From Gammaproteobacteria bacterium (lineage in GTDB: Bacteria > Pseudomonadota > Gammaproteobacteria > UBA12402), in assembly GCA_965196985.1 (NCBI GenBank), contig CBDALO010000039.1, positions 4,575 through 68,574 on the forward strand: 64,000 nt of DNA, given 5' to 3'. Below the pieces are notes generated by a model, which saw nothing but the letters and a program-made list of their open reading frames with translations, was not told where the DNA came from and made no database searches. Shown here one piece after another: positions 21,497 through 32,224 of this stretch. Position 1 is the stretch's first letter; each line of letters starts with the position of its first letter. The position numbers and the translations under genes were made by a program.

Positions 21497-22658
21497 ACTA
21501 TTAGTGATTTTGCCTTTCATAACTTTGCTAAGCGCAACGGCGTTTGCTGCTACTTTGCCAAAGATAACAACTTTGCAGCAAGCGGTTGCTTATGCACATA
21601 AAACCAACCCAGACTACTTAGCTAGCCAAGATCAATATCAATATGCTCTAAAAAATGTCAGGGTTGCACGTGCAGGTTACTTTCCAAAGGTTGATGCAGA
21701 CTTTGGTTATGGTAGAGAGGCAACTGATAGCCCTACCTTAAGAGACCAAGGTAAAACAGGTTATACCTATATGAATAGGCGCGTTTCAGGAGTGGCTTTG
21801 TCTCAGCTTATTTATGATGGCGGTGACGTTGCTAACCAGGTAGAGCAGGCTCATAAAAACGCTGATCAGTCTTTTAATGATGTTCAAACACAGGGTCAGT
21901 TGTTGACGGTTAATGCTGTTTCAGCTTATTTAGCTGTACAGCGATTTCGACAATTAGTGACTATTTATGAAAGAAATCTTCAAATCCATAAGCAAATTCT
22001 AAAGCGCGCAGAGCGTAAATTATCTGGTCGAGCAACACGTAAATCAGAAGTAACTTTAGCTCAGAGTCGGGTAGCACAAGCAGAAGCGGGAGTTGTCAAT
22101 GTTAAGCGTAATTTACAAGATGCGATCAATAATTTTATTCAGGTAGTTGGAGTAAGGCCTGGTCACTATATGCACTCAGCAGGGATGCCTAAGATTCCTT
22201 TGCCAAGGACATTGGTGAAGGCTGAAGCCACGGCCTTACAGAAAAACCCAGAACTAAAAGCAGCGGTAGATCGTTTACAAGCTGCTTGGGCACAGGTTGG
22301 GCAAGCAAAATCTAAGTTCTTCCCTGAGCTTGAGTTTGATGCAACAGCAACACGTAACTTAGATGTGGGTGGAACTAAAGGTACTAACAATAACAATACG
22401 GTTATGTTGAACGTTGTATACAATCTTTATAATGGTGGTGGTGATATAGCGAGTTACGCAGCTAGCAAAGAAAACTATTATCGGCAAATTGAATTAAAAG
22501 AAAGTGTTTTACGGCAAATGCTTGATCAGTTAAGGAATGCTTGGATTACTTTCCAGGCAACCAAAAATACTATCCCGCAATTGGAACTATCAGTACAGCA
22601 AGAAAAACAAACCGTTATCTTATATGATCAAGAATATAAAATTGGCAGCCGTAGCTTG
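21474..22658 (+). pseudogene. TolC-family T1SS outer-membrane protein, N-terminal 395 codons (cut by IS91-like element)
   Basis: Signal peptide ..LLSATAFAA, then TolC-type repeats. The real sequence ends ..EYKIGSRSL at the CTTG at 22655-22658. The remainder is at 36497-36511 and 37475-37585. Confidence 0.85.
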
Positions 22659-22836
22659 ATATTAAGGAATTTCAATGTGTCAATTGGTAAAAATACCACC
22701 AATTAAAATGAGTAATTTTAGCACAGGTATTTTTTATAAAATCGATTTAGTGGTGGGGCAGGGTTAGTTATGACAAACAATAGCCAAAACTAGCTGTTAT
22801 TTGTTGTTTTGGGCGGACTACCCCCCTAGGAAGTTA

Positions 22837-23280
22837 TTAGATTTTTTTCAGTAAGGCGAGTTCACGATGCTTTGATAGCAATTTGTAACGGTTAGGTTGT
22901 CTATACCAGCAGTTAGCTAAAAACATTTGGCTACCGCATAGAACACATTCATAGGGGTCAATGTTAAAATTATTTTGCATTAAGGTGCGGTAATTGACCT
23001 GGGGTGTGTTTGGATCAGTTTCACCTAATAGGAGTCTGACTTTGGGTAGCATCTCACCTCGCACCCGGTTAGCAAGAAACCCATAATAACGCACCATACG
23101 AAAGCCAACATCAGGAATGTGTTGAATAAATCGAGCAATAAACTCTTCCGCGGTTAATTTAAATTGCTTGTAGGTTTTAGAGACGTGATCAAGATAATTA
23201 AAACTGAGGCTGCTCCCATCAAAGTTTTTAATTTTTGACTCAGCAATAGGAGGACGTTTGGTGTATCGACCTAAGTATTT
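22837..23280 (-). pseudogene. IS91-family (HUH/Y2) transposase, copy A, C-terminal part
   Basis: ..FIARFIQHIPDVGFRMVRYYGFLANRVRGE..CVLCGSQM... Interrupted by the IS at 23281. Confidence 0.85.
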
Positions 23281-25162
23281 AGTGACTGACAGAAAACCTA
23301 CTAATTCTTAGTCTTTGTTGTTTTATTACACTTTCATTTTTTTATATCCGCGCGAGATCATAATAAAAACAGCATGTTAAGCCCTGGCCGCGTACAAAAA
23401 AATGAAATCTCGCTGTTTTGATACGAAAAAAAGCATCCTGCTTTCTGGAATACAATGGGATATTCTGAGGCTGACTAGGCAGCTAACGGTGGGCTGCGAC
23501 CTCGAATGCGTTTTTTTAGTCGCGCTGCTTTCCTTTGCTCAGCTCTTTGTATAAGACTTCCGATACGATCTATGTTTTTTCCAACAATCGCTAAGCCAAC
23601 ATAACTCTTAAAGCCATCAATGCCGTGATCTAGGCATTGATCCAACCCATGAACTTCAAGAGCATTAATACTGGATTCTACCGCAGAATGCTTTTGTTTC
23701 GCTTTCACAAACGAGTCTGACTTTTCAATTTCCTGTGCTTCCTTTGAGAGTCGACCTTTTCTCGGCAATGCAACAACTTCCAAAATATCTGCTAACGCAG
23801 ATTGATTTTCTTTTGAATGAAAGCCCTTATCAAAACTACATGTGTTTAACTCTGGGAACTTTTGTTGGGTCTCTTGAACCATAGATACGGCGACCTTGTC
23901 ATCAGTCTCATTCTCCATCACACGATGATGCAATATAAATTGGTGTTGATCCTCCAAGACACAGACTTTCATTCCTAATTCGACTGGTACACCAGCCTTT
24001 CCTTTTACAATCCATTCAGTATGTGGCTGAAAGACAGAAAAGACTTTTTCTTCATGCGGGATCTTTTCATCCAATAATATTCGGCGTTTAATTTGATCAA
24101 CTTGGCGATCTGCATGAACCGTGAACATTTCTATACTTTCAACCAGTGGCGCATCTTGCGGCTTCAGTAGATCGGCTTTCTGGATAGCGTTTATTGAGGC
24201 ATGTGCTTTATCTAAATATTTTTGCGCAATATTGAGATACTCCTGATGAGCATCCTTGATTGCCTTGTCCTTTTTGTTTTGTTGATCTGCTTGCTTGCTC
24301 TTACTGCGCTTTTTTAGTTGAGCTATTCGCATGAGCCGTTTCAGATGCTTGATGTTATATCGATATTGACGCCAGTCACTCAATCCGCTGTGTTCACACA
24401 GCTTGGCCACCTGCTGAATTATTTTGCGCATTGCGTCAAACAGTAAGCTTATGTCTGTTGGAAAATGTACGTCTGTTTCAACCACAAAGGAATCGCAACG
24501 GCCTCGCAGAGGCTCACTTTTTTTTAACAATGAATGACCAGCTTTCACAACAACTTGATTAATCTCATCTAACAACTCGGGAGTGAGTAGCGAGACATTG
24601 TCTTTAATTGTTTGCAGCTGATACTCTATTTTATCGAAAAAATCAGCATGCCCTAGCATTTCACGAATGGTTTTATGTTGATTCACAAGTTCATGCAGTC
24701 GATCATAATCACAATTTAGACTCAGGCGGAGTACTCCCATGACCAATATTTTCCATAATTCCATACCAGGGCGTCCATTATTCTTGTCAACCTCAGGTGC
24801 AATCTGAGCCTCTAGTAGTTCGAAAATCTCCTTCCGTACAGAGGGTGTACTATAAATAAACTGTAGCCCTTTTAATAATTTTGGAATGTCATCCCGTGAT
24901 TTAGAGCTGATTTGAATTTTAGAAATATCTACTTGGCCAATTTGCATTTGTGGATTTTGGGCTAGTCTTGTCATTCTTGCTTTCCAGTGAAGAGTTACCA
25001 TGCTGTGGCGAAAAATCATCGAAGATTAAGGCATTATATCGAAAATAAGCTGTAAATAGCTGGAAAACGAGTATTTAGTGCTGTTTTTTGAAAATCTTCA
25101 TGTGACCAGTTCGCCCCGAAACATTGAAAATAAAAGGCTTTGCGGGTTTTCTGTCAGTCACT
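23281..25162 (-). mobile_element. IS5/IS1182-superfamily IS, copy 2 (intact, 1882 bp)
   Basis: Same 18-bp perfect IRs as copy 1. 4-bp TSD attt at 23277-23280 and 25163-25166. Confidence 0.85.
23475..25019 (-). CDS. DDE transposase, IS5/IS1182-like (514 aa)
   Basis: Intact ORF. The C-terminal ..KHSAVESSINALEVHGLDQCLDHGIDGF.. resembles the IS5/IS1182 R..E..K region. Exact family not resolved. Confidence 0.65.
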   Translation of the reverse strand: MIFRHSMVTLHWKARMTRLAQNPQMQIGQVDISKIQISSKSRDDIPKLLKGLQFIYSTPSVRKEIFELLEAQIAPEVDKNNGRPGMELWKILVMGVLRLSLNCDYDRLHELVNQHKTIREMLGHADFFDKIEYQLQTIKDNVSLLTPELLDEINQVVVKAGHSLLKKSEPLRGRCDSFVVETDVHFPTDISLLFDAMRKIIQQVAKLCEHSGLSDWRQYRYNIKHLKRLMRIAQLKKRSKSKQADQQNKKDKAIKDAHQEYLNIAQKYLDKAHASINAIQKADLLKPQDAPLVESIEMFTVHADRQVDQIKRRILLDEKIPHEEKVFSVFQPHTEWIVKGKAGVPVELGMKVCVLEDQHQFILHHRVMENETDDKVAVSMVQETQQKFPELNTCSFDKGFHSKENQSALADILEVVALPRKGRLSKEAQEIEKSDSFVKAKQKHSAVESSINALEVHGLDQCLDHGIDGFKSYVGLAIVGKNIDRIGSLIQRAEQRKAARLKKRIRGRSPPLAA

Positions 25163-25524
25163 ATTTAACGTTTTGTTTGTGATTCTTTGAGGGCTTTGCG
25201 CAATGTACTACCCATCGTTTTTGGTAAAGCTGATCAAGCAGTTGATTAAAGTTGAAAGTGTGGTTCAGTGTAGAGGCTAACTGATTTGGCAGAATAAGCC
25301 CTTTGTCCTGGTGGTGGTTTCTAAAAAGGTTAATGACCTCATAACGCCACATGGACATTAGTGTAGGTTGATGGAAGTAGAGGCTTTTCCATTGTGTTAA
25401 CTCTTTGTTGATACCACCCAGAGTGATTGACGCATGAAGATGCACATTGCGCTTTAGATCTCTGCCAAAGGTGTGAAGCGCGATAAATACACCGGGTTTA
25501 ACCCTCTTGTTTTTAGCAAGCTTG
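25163..25524 (-). pseudogene. IS91-family transposase, copy A, middle part
   Basis: ..GVFIALHTFGRDLKRNVHLHASITLGG.. (HUH motif HLH). Ends at CTTG 25521-25524, where copy B is inserted. Confidence 0.85.
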
Positions 25525-25702
25525 ATATTAAGGAATTTCAATGTGTCAATTGGTAAAAATACCACCAATTAAAATGAGTAATTTTAGCACAGCTATTTTT
25601 TATAAAATCGATTTAGTGGTGGGGCAGGGTTAGTTATGACAAACAATAGCCAAAACTAGCTGTTATTTGTTGTTTTGGACGGACTACCCCCCTAGGAAGT
25701 TA

Positions 25703-26040
25703 TTAGATTTTTTTCAGTAAGACGAGTTCACGATGCTTTGATAGCAATTTGTAACGGTTAGGTTGTCTATACCAGCAGTTAGCTAAAAACATTTGGCTAC
25801 CGCATAGAACACATTCATAGGGGTCAATGTTAAAATTATTTTGCATTAAGGTGCGGTAATTGACCTGGGGTGTGTTTGGATCAGTTTCACCTAATAGGAG
25901 TCTGACTTTGGGTAGCATCTCACCTCGCACCCGGTTAGCAAGAAACCCATAATAACGCACCATACGAAAGCCAACATCAGGAATGTGTTGAATAAATCGA
26001 GCAATAAACTCTTCCGCGGTTAATTTAAATTGCTTGTAGG
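25703..26040 (-). pseudogene. IS91-family transposase, copy B, C-terminal part
   Basis: Same sequence as 22837-23174 with one substitution (ELVLL versus ELALL). Confidence 0.85.
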
Positions 26041-26068
26041 TGTAACGTCCCACAATAATTTAGAGAAA

Positions 26069-26096
26069 CCATCTCAACCTATTTTGCGTGAGATGG
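26069..26096 (-). terminator. hairpin downstream of the transposon ATPase gene
   Basis: 8-bp stem ccatctca / tgagatgg with a 12-nt loop, followed on the minus strand by a short T stretch. Confidence 0.35.
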
Positions 26097-26106
26097 TGTC
26101 AAATAG

Positions 26107-26424
26107 TTAACCTTTTAGCTCATGAATTGCCTGATTAATGACATCATCCGGTATATGGTTTAAATTCATATTAGCGGCGATTAGCAACGCATGTCGCATG
26201 AGCCTATCAACATAACGAAGCCTACCTTTTGTGGCCATGTGTACTGCACGAATACCTGTTTCAGTGAATAAGCTGCTGCTCATTCCTGCCTTCTCAAAAG
26301 CAGCGTGAATAATGCTCTCAAAATCCCTGCTATCTTCAATTGCATGCCACCTAATAAAGCACTGAATTCTAGACCCAAGTTTGGCCATTTCACCCTGAAA
26401 ATCAAAAATTTCATCACTATTTTT
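26107..26424 (-). pseudogene. transposon AAA+ ATPase (TniB/ExeA-like), C-terminal part
   Basis: ..GSRIQCFIRWHAIEDSRDFESIIHAAFEKAGMSSSLFTETGIRAVHMATKGRLRYVDRLMRHALL... Separated from its N-terminal part by the IS1634-like element. Confidence 0.7.
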
Positions 26425-28433
26425 AACTCAACCCATTGATTTTACTTGCCTAGAAACGTGAATTCTCGAATGTAGTGACACATAATGGCAATAAGGGGTT
26501 GCATGGGCTGGTGAAGTGATGAGAGTATTGAGTTATGTATATTCGAACCTCTACACAAAAGAGTCCTCGGACAGGTAAGTCTTACGCAACCTACCGACTT
26601 GTTGATACTCATCGCACTGCTGACGGCAAAGTACGTCAAAGACTGATTTTAAATCTTGGTGCGAATTTTTCAGTAAAGAAGGACAGTTGGAAATTGCTTG
26701 CTGACCGTATTGAGGAAATTTTAACGGGTCAAGGCACGTTAATTTCAATACCAGCACATCTCGAAAAACAGGCGCAAATGTATGTAAAACGCATTCGCTC
26801 TAGGTTTGCTGATGACAATGAGACAAGTATCGCTGTTAATTCAGTAAGCGCGGTAGAACCTGACTTTAAAACAGTGGATGTTAACTCCATTGAGAGCGCG
26901 GACATACGACACGTTGGAGCTGAGGCGTTGGGCTTACATGCTGCCAGGCAATTACAACTTGAGGAATTGTTCAGGGCTTTGGGCTTTAATCAAAAACAAT
27001 GTCACCTGATGCTTGCTACCATCATTGGGCGGCTAGTTGCTCCAGGAAGTGATTTGAGTACGCACTATTATTTAAGCAATCAAAGTGCGCTAGATGAATT
27101 ACTGGGTACTGATTTCTCAGAACTATCACTCAAGAAATTCTATAAGACTGCTGATGAGTTACTTAAACATAAACAAGTGATTGAAGATCAATTATTTGAA
27201 CGTGAGAAAAATCTGTTTAGTTTAAATCAGGTGATCACTCTCTACGATATAACCAATACCTACTTTGAAGGTCGCGCATTACAAAATGATCATGCACAGC
27301 ATGGGCGATCAAAGGAGAAGCGGTCTGATTGTCCGCTTGTTTCTTTAGGTCTTGTGCTGGATGGATCAGGGTTCCCGCAACGGAGTGAATTCTTCAAAGG
27401 AAATGTTAGCGAGCCTAAAACATTACCCGAAATACTAACTGAGCTTCGTGCACAGCCAGAGGCAACAATTGTCCTAGATGCTGGTTTTGCAACTGAAGAA
27501 AATATTTCATGGCTTACTGAAAAAGGTTTCCATTATATCGTAGTCAGCCGTAGAGCATTGCCTGATGTCGATGAAACCATTGATAAAGTGCTAGTAAAAG
27601 AATCAGTAAATAATACGGTTACAGCGCAATTAGTTAAAGATACTGAAGCAAATGAAGTCTTACTGTACTGCCATTCTCAGGCTAAGGAAGAAAAAAGCTT
27701 AAATATGATTAGTAAGGCCGAGGCTCGTTTCGAAGAGGAATTAATTAAGTTAGCTAATGGACTCACTAAAAAAACCGGCATGAAAGCAATTGAGAAAGTA
27801 ACATTGCGTTTAGGTCGAATAAAAGAGCGGCATAAACGTGTTTCAGCTCGCTACACTATCACGCTTGATTCAGAGGGTGATAAGGTTACGCAAATCAGTT
27901 GGAGTAAAGTTAACTCTGAGAATCTGGGTGCATATTGTTTGCGTAGTAACAGAATGGATTTAGATGAAAAAACAATTTTGAGAATTTATACAACTCTAAC
28001 TGACGTTGAATCGGCATTCAGATCATTAAAATCAGAGTTAGGCCTGCGTCCTATCTACCATCAAAAGCAAGAGCGAGTTGATGCCTATCTGTTTATTAGT
28101 ATTCTTGCTTATCACTTACTACACACTATTCGCCATCAACTTAAATTGCAGAACATTGATAGTAGCTGGCAAACTATACGGCAGATTTTTAGCACTCAGG
28201 TTCGTATCACTACTACAATGCAGCTTGAAAATAATAAATTGCTTTCTATTAGAAGAACCTCTAAGGCAACTCCAGAGCAAGTTGTGATCTATAAATCGTT
28301 AGGCATGAATTCAGAACCTGGGGACACTGAAAAAACAATTTGTTAAGTTGTAGTGACCCTAAACGTTTTTTTAAAACGTAAGTCATTGATTTGGATAGGT
28401 TTAATTGTAGAACGGACAAAGTTGGGTAGAGTT
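26425..28433 (+). mobile_element. IS1634-like (IS4 superfamily) IS; boundaries approximate (+/- 30 bp)
   Basis: The limits are placed where the split ATPase reading frame rejoins codon to codon (..AYEPI-KNSDEIF..), with a weak inverted match aactcaaccca / tgggtagagtt. No clear TSD. Confidence 0.5.
26535..28346 (+). CDS. IS1634-family-like transposase (603 aa)
   Basis: N-terminus MYIRTSTQKSPRTGKSYATYRLVDTHRTADGKVRQRLILNLG, typical of IS1634-type transposases. ..VLDAGFATEEN.. and ..YTTLTDVESAFRSLKSELGLRPIYH.. DDE/YREK-type regions. Confidence 0.7.
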   Translation: MYIRTSTQKSPRTGKSYATYRLVDTHRTADGKVRQRLILNLGANFSVKKDSWKLLADRIEEILTGQGTLISIPAHLEKQAQMYVKRIRSRFADDNETSIAVNSVSAVEPDFKTVDVNSIESADIRHVGAEALGLHAARQLQLEELFRALGFNQKQCHLMLATIIGRLVAPGSDLSTHYYLSNQSALDELLGTDFSELSLKKFYKTADELLKHKQVIEDQLFEREKNLFSLNQVITLYDITNTYFEGRALQNDHAQHGRSKEKRSDCPLVSLGLVLDGSGFPQRSEFFKGNVSEPKTLPEILTELRAQPEATIVLDAGFATEENISWLTEKGFHYIVVSRRALPDVDETIDKVLVKESVNNTVTAQLVKDTEANEVLLYCHSQAKEEKSLNMISKAEARFEEELIKLANGLTKKTGMKAIEKVTLRLGRIKERHKRVSARYTITLDSEGDKVTQISWSKVNSENLGAYCLRSNRMDLDEKTILRIYTTLTDVESAFRSLKSELGLRPIYHQKQERVDAYLFISILAYHLLHTIRHQLKLQNIDSSWQTIRQIFSTQVRITTTMQLENNKLLSIRRTSKATPEQVVIYKSLGMNSEPGDTEKTIC

Positions 28434-28964
28434 GATAGGTTCATAGGCTGGTCTCTGCAATGTTGCTAGAAGTGATGGGAGTCCACATAAGATAATCGTC
28501 ATGACGTCTTTGCTGTCAAAACTGAAATTAAGGAAGTCAGGTAATCGTAGAATGAAATCATTACTAAGCTGATGCGCCTCGTCTAGGATCCAAATAGGCT
28601 GAACGTTTTTATCATGGTAGAGCGCGATCAAGCTCTGCTTCAAGTCTCTCCAAAGTTTAGAGAATCGGTAATAGTTTTCTAAACCTAGATTTTCGGCAAG
28701 CTGAGAGTACACATCAAATGACCGAAAGTGAGTGTCTGATTGATAAATGACTTGATGGGTCAGCGGGTTGAGTTTATTGCTCCAGTATCTTAGCGCCGTG
28801 GTCTTTCCTGTCCCTGAGTCGCCAGTAATCACTGCTAAGCCGCGTGTTTCTAGCAAACCATTAAGTTGCTGTTCTAGTCGCTTTGACTGCGCCAATTCAA
28901 TAATGTTTGATTTACCCAATGGATCAAATTTCAAGCCAAAATGTTGAAGATACATCTTACTCAT
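28434..28964 (-). pseudogene. transposon AAA+ ATPase, N-terminal part
   Basis: Walker A GDSGTGKTT and Walker B WILDEAH. The ORF runs into IS1634-like sequence and stops at 28401. Confidence 0.75.
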
Positions 28965-28984
28965 CCTTGTATCTTAAATAACTG

Positions 28985-29216
28985 TAGAGATATGACAATA
29001 TTGCTACAATCCCAAGGATGCTTGGGTAGGCGGAAGGTGAAGCCGTGTTCGTCCTTAGGATTTAATCCTGTTGAGGAGATTTAGCTCCCTTCCACCCTCA
29101 TAAGTTCATGAGATCGAACGGTATCTTAGGCCATTGTGAGCCTGTATTTGCAAGGTTGATCCGAACTATGATTTCCCAAGTTTGTTAGTGTAATAAAATT
29201 TAAGAGGCTCTAGCAA
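28985..29216 (+). ncRNA. candidate IS110 bridge RNA (5' non-coding left end)
   Basis: No ORF. Several local hairpins are visible (ccaag-gatg-cttgg, aggat-tta-atcct, ggag-atttag-ctcc, ggaagg...ccttcc). It lies upstream of the recombinase, as in IS110-group elements. Confidence 0.3.
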
Positions 29217-30167
29217 ATGAAAAAAAATTGTGTTGGTATTGATATTGCAAAATCTGATTTTGTTGCTGCTATCACCACTAGCGGAAAAGATCACGTTAAA
29301 CATTTTAATAATAATCCTGAGGGCTTTTCTGAGTTATTAGAATGGACGCAATCTTTATCTGATCAGTCACTTCATTTTTGCATGGAATCAACAGGTAAAT
29401 ACGGTAATGCATTGGCTCTTTATTTACATAGTGAGAAGTGTGATGTCAGTATAATTAATCCTGCACGAATAAAGTTTTTTATGAAAGGACAGCTAATACG
29501 AAACAAGACCGACAAGGCCGATGCGGTCAGTATTAAGGACTATTCAAATCATTTTACTCCAACGCTATGGCAGCCTTTGCCAGCTAATATAGAGGCTCTA
29601 AGAGCTTTGATACAGAGATCTGAAGTATTAACCTCCCAAGTCAGCAATGAACAAAACAGGCTGGAGCTAGCGGAAGAAACAATTATTAGCTCTATACAAA
29701 ATCATATCGATTATATGGAAAAAGAAATTTTACGACTGCAGGAAGAAATTAGTAAGCTGATCGCGAGTGATGATGATCTGAAGAATAACACAGAGCTGCT
29801 TAAAAGCATCCCAGGCATTGGTGATAAAACCGCTCAAACACTAACTGCTTTTTTTAATAATATTGAAAGATTTTCTGGCGCAAAACAATTGGCTGCTCAT
29901 ATTGGTTTAAATCCCAGCCAGTCACAATCAGGCACTTCATTGAATTCATCACGGCTCTCAAAGGTTGGTAGTGCTTGGTTGCGAAAGGCGCTTTACATGC
30001 CGGCATTAGTGGCTATAAGGCATAATCCTATTTTGAAGAAATTTTATGAAAAGCTGCTCAAAAAAGGCAAGCCAAAGAAGCTAGCCATTTGTGCTGTTAT
30101 GAGAAAAATGGTGCATATGATTTATGGCATCCTAAAAACACAGCAGCCATTTTCAGCGGATGCCTAG
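29217..30167 (+). CDS. IS110-family transposase/recombinase (316 aa)
   Basis: MKKNCVGIDIAKSDF.., ..FCMESTGKYG.., ..NKTDKADAVSI.., ..LKSIPGIGDKTAQTLTAFF..AAHIGLNPSQSQSG.., the DEDD N-domain plus the C-terminal domain. Confidence 0.88.
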   Translation: MKKNCVGIDIAKSDFVAAITTSGKDHVKHFNNNPEGFSELLEWTQSLSDQSLHFCMESTGKYGNALALYLHSEKCDVSIINPARIKFFMKGQLIRNKTDKADAVSIKDYSNHFTPTLWQPLPANIEALRALIQRSEVLTSQVSNEQNRLELAEETIISSIQNHIDYMEKEILRLQEEISKLIASDDDLKNNTELLKSIPGIGDKTAQTLTAFFNNIERFSGAKQLAAHIGLNPSQSQSGTSLNSSRLSKVGSAWLRKALYMPALVAIRHNPILKKFYEKLLKKGKPKKLAICAVMRKMVHMIYGILKTQQPFSADA

Positions 30168-30195
30168 TAAAAATTTTACAATTTATTGTTGACGT

Positions 30196-31533
30196 TTATG
30201 ACGGTATCTCCTCAGTGATATCCAAATCCTCTTTAACTTGGTTATAAACAATCTCAACTAGCGAGGTTTTTCTTGCTGGTTGTTCCGGCATCTGAGGTCT
30301 AGCTCGGGTTCTAGAAAGGTTGTTATGTTTGTCCAGCTCTCCCACTGCACCAAGGTATTGATATTCCAATGATTCGACGTGACGGGCGGAGTCACTATGC
30401 GGATCAACCACTAAATAAACCTCTTGTTGAGCCAGTTCAAATGGAACTTCAAAGAGTCGATTATTCCAGCTTACCGTGCCATCCTTCCTGACTCGGCGCT
30501 TAATGCGATGCAGGAAGTAATCATCTAGCTTATCGGCCAAACAACCTAACGGCTGAATTTTAGTGAGGTCTTGCTGATAGCGTTGTAACGGGGTCATCTT
30601 GTCAGGCAGGGCGCTTTGCGAGGCTTGATGATAAACACGCTCAACCCAAGCCCAAAATCGATCATTCAGCGCATTGAAACTATGAATGGAATCCAGGTTG
30701 CATTCAGCTAGGAATTGCTCGCGTACTGTTCTATGCCAACGCTCTAGTTTGCCTTTGCTTTGCGGTTCATAGGGCCTGCCGTAAATCAATTGAATTTTCA
30801 AACGAGCACAAATGGTTTGCAACGTTTTAGCACGGTAGGCAGGGCCGTTGTCAATGATGAGCTTAACAGGAAGCCCACGTTTGAGTAATGCCTCTTTCAA
30901 CACATGCTCAATAGTAATGGCACTCTCATCAGTACAAAATTTACTGTGACAGACCAACCTTGAGGCATCATCAAAAATACTCACCAAATAGCTTTTAACT
31001 CTTCTTTGGCCATCGTAAATCGTTGGACCATGCATGACATCGCCATACCAAATATCACAAGCTGTGAGCGCCTCAAATGAGCGGCGCTCAATTTGGTTAG
31101 AAGGTGTGACTGTTCTTTTAGACAGGCCGTGTTTTACTAATAAGCGGTGAACTGTTGCGTGAGATAATTCACCTCGTGCTACCTTCCCTTGAGTTTCTAA
31201 GAGTTTAATCACGGTCGGAATTGATCTTGAAGGGCTTTCCTGTTTAGTGGAAATAATTAACTCTTGTAGCTCTGGATTGATGTGACACTGGCCTTTGTCT
31301 CGTCGAGTTTTAGGAACTAATCCATCAATACCCTGCTTTAACCAGGCGTAATACCAATTCTCAATTGTTTTAGCACTGAGGTGAACACGCTTACTACCTG
31401 GAATGTTGTAGGTTTGCTGGGACAACCTTTTAATAATGCTCTTGAGCTCACCATGCTCAAAACTATTTCGGCTACATAGCTCACCTAAAACACTTAGGCG
31501 AAACAGTGCTGTTGGGTGAATGGGCTTGGTCAT
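30196..31533 (-). CDS. rve-type DDE transposase of the three-gene transposon (start taken at MTKPIHP)
   Basis: ..CDIWYGDVMHG.., ..KLIIDNGPAYR.., ..PYEPQSKGKLERWHRT.. (D, D, E triad of the integrase core), plus an N-terminal HTH region. Confidence 0.8.
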   Translation of the reverse strand: MTKPIHPTALFRLSVLGELCSRNSFEHGELKSIIKRLSQQTYNIPGSKRVHLSAKTIENWYYAWLKQGIDGLVPKTRRDKGQCHINPELQELIISTKQESPSRSIPTVIKLLETQGKVARGELSHATVHRLLVKHGLSKRTVTPSNQIERRSFEALTACDIWYGDVMHGPTIYDGQRRVKSYLVSIFDDASRLVCHSKFCTDESAITIEHVLKEALLKRGLPVKLIIDNGPAYRAKTLQTICARLKIQLIYGRPYEPQSKGKLERWHRTVREQFLAECNLDSIHSFNALNDRFWAWVERVYHQASQSALPDKMTPLQRYQQDLTKIQPLGCLADKLDDYFLHRIKRRVRKDGTVSWNNRLFEVPFELAQQEVYLVVDPHSDSARHVESLEYQYLGAVGELDKHNNLSRTRARPQMPEQPARKTSLVEIVYNQVKEDLDITEEIPS

Positions 31534-31667
31534 TTTGCAATTCCTGTGTGATTTAACTACTTGCAATGAGTTAATCACAACTTGAGTTGAGAATGCTACG
31601 CTCAAACTGTGTGGGGTCGTGAGGTTTACAGAAAATATCCATCTCAACTTTTTTTCACGTTAATTAA

Positions 31668-32224
31668 TTATGGGATGCTCACTCCTGTGTTGTTAAGAAA
31701 AAGCATGATGCTCGATAAATCATGCTCACCAAGGCAGGCCAACCAAAACGCTTGTGGATCACTATGTCGCCCAAGCTGTAACCACAACGGATGTGCTTTG
31801 ATATGGAAGGAGTAATCAACGAAGTGGTCAACCAACCAGTGAAACCACCTAGCAACGGTGTGTCGACTAACACCTTGCTCCTGACCTGATGAGCTAATAC
31901 TTTTCCCAGGAGCACGCTCATTAACACTGCCTGCTGAACTGACCAGCAATACCAACGCTTTGGAGAAAGTATCTCAGGTAGGGTTGAACAAGTACGTTTA
32001 CATTGATGACAATAAAATCTCAAAACAGGGGTGGGATTTAAAGAGCGTCCTTTACCTGGGTTCCTATCTGGTTTTCGATCATATGATCCATGTGACCATA
32101 GTCCACCTGCACCGCAATGGCTGCACTGCTCTGGCCTTAGTAGCTCTGGATTTTTTTTCAGCAGGATCAGGTAATCACTCAGGCTTTTAATCGCTTTTAT
32201 GATTCTGCGCATGACTAATTTCAC
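31668..32224 (-). pseudogene. Zn-ribbon/HTH accessory protein of the transposon, frameshifted
   Basis: ..CSHCGAGGLWSHGSYDRKP..RFYCHQCKRTCSTLPE.. in one frame. It continues as ..GKSISSSGQEQGVSRHTVARWFHWLVDHF.. in another frame, with the switch near 31905-31950. Confidence 0.55.

Larger units (their letters stand above)
28985..30185 (+). mobile_element. IS110-family IS #2; boundaries approximate
   Basis: Occupies the gap between the transposon's transposase stop (30196) and ATPase start (28964). It has about 230 nt of 5' non-coding sequence and a short 3' end. Confidence 0.6.

Noticed and set aside
26433-28392. 9-bp direct repeat cattgattt (26433-26441 and 28384-28392) as the TSD of the IS1634-like element
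   Set aside because: With those limits the split ATPase frame would hit a stop (taa at 28401-28403) before the junction. The frame-continuity solution (about 26425-28433) fits better, so the repeat is probably coincidental or internal.
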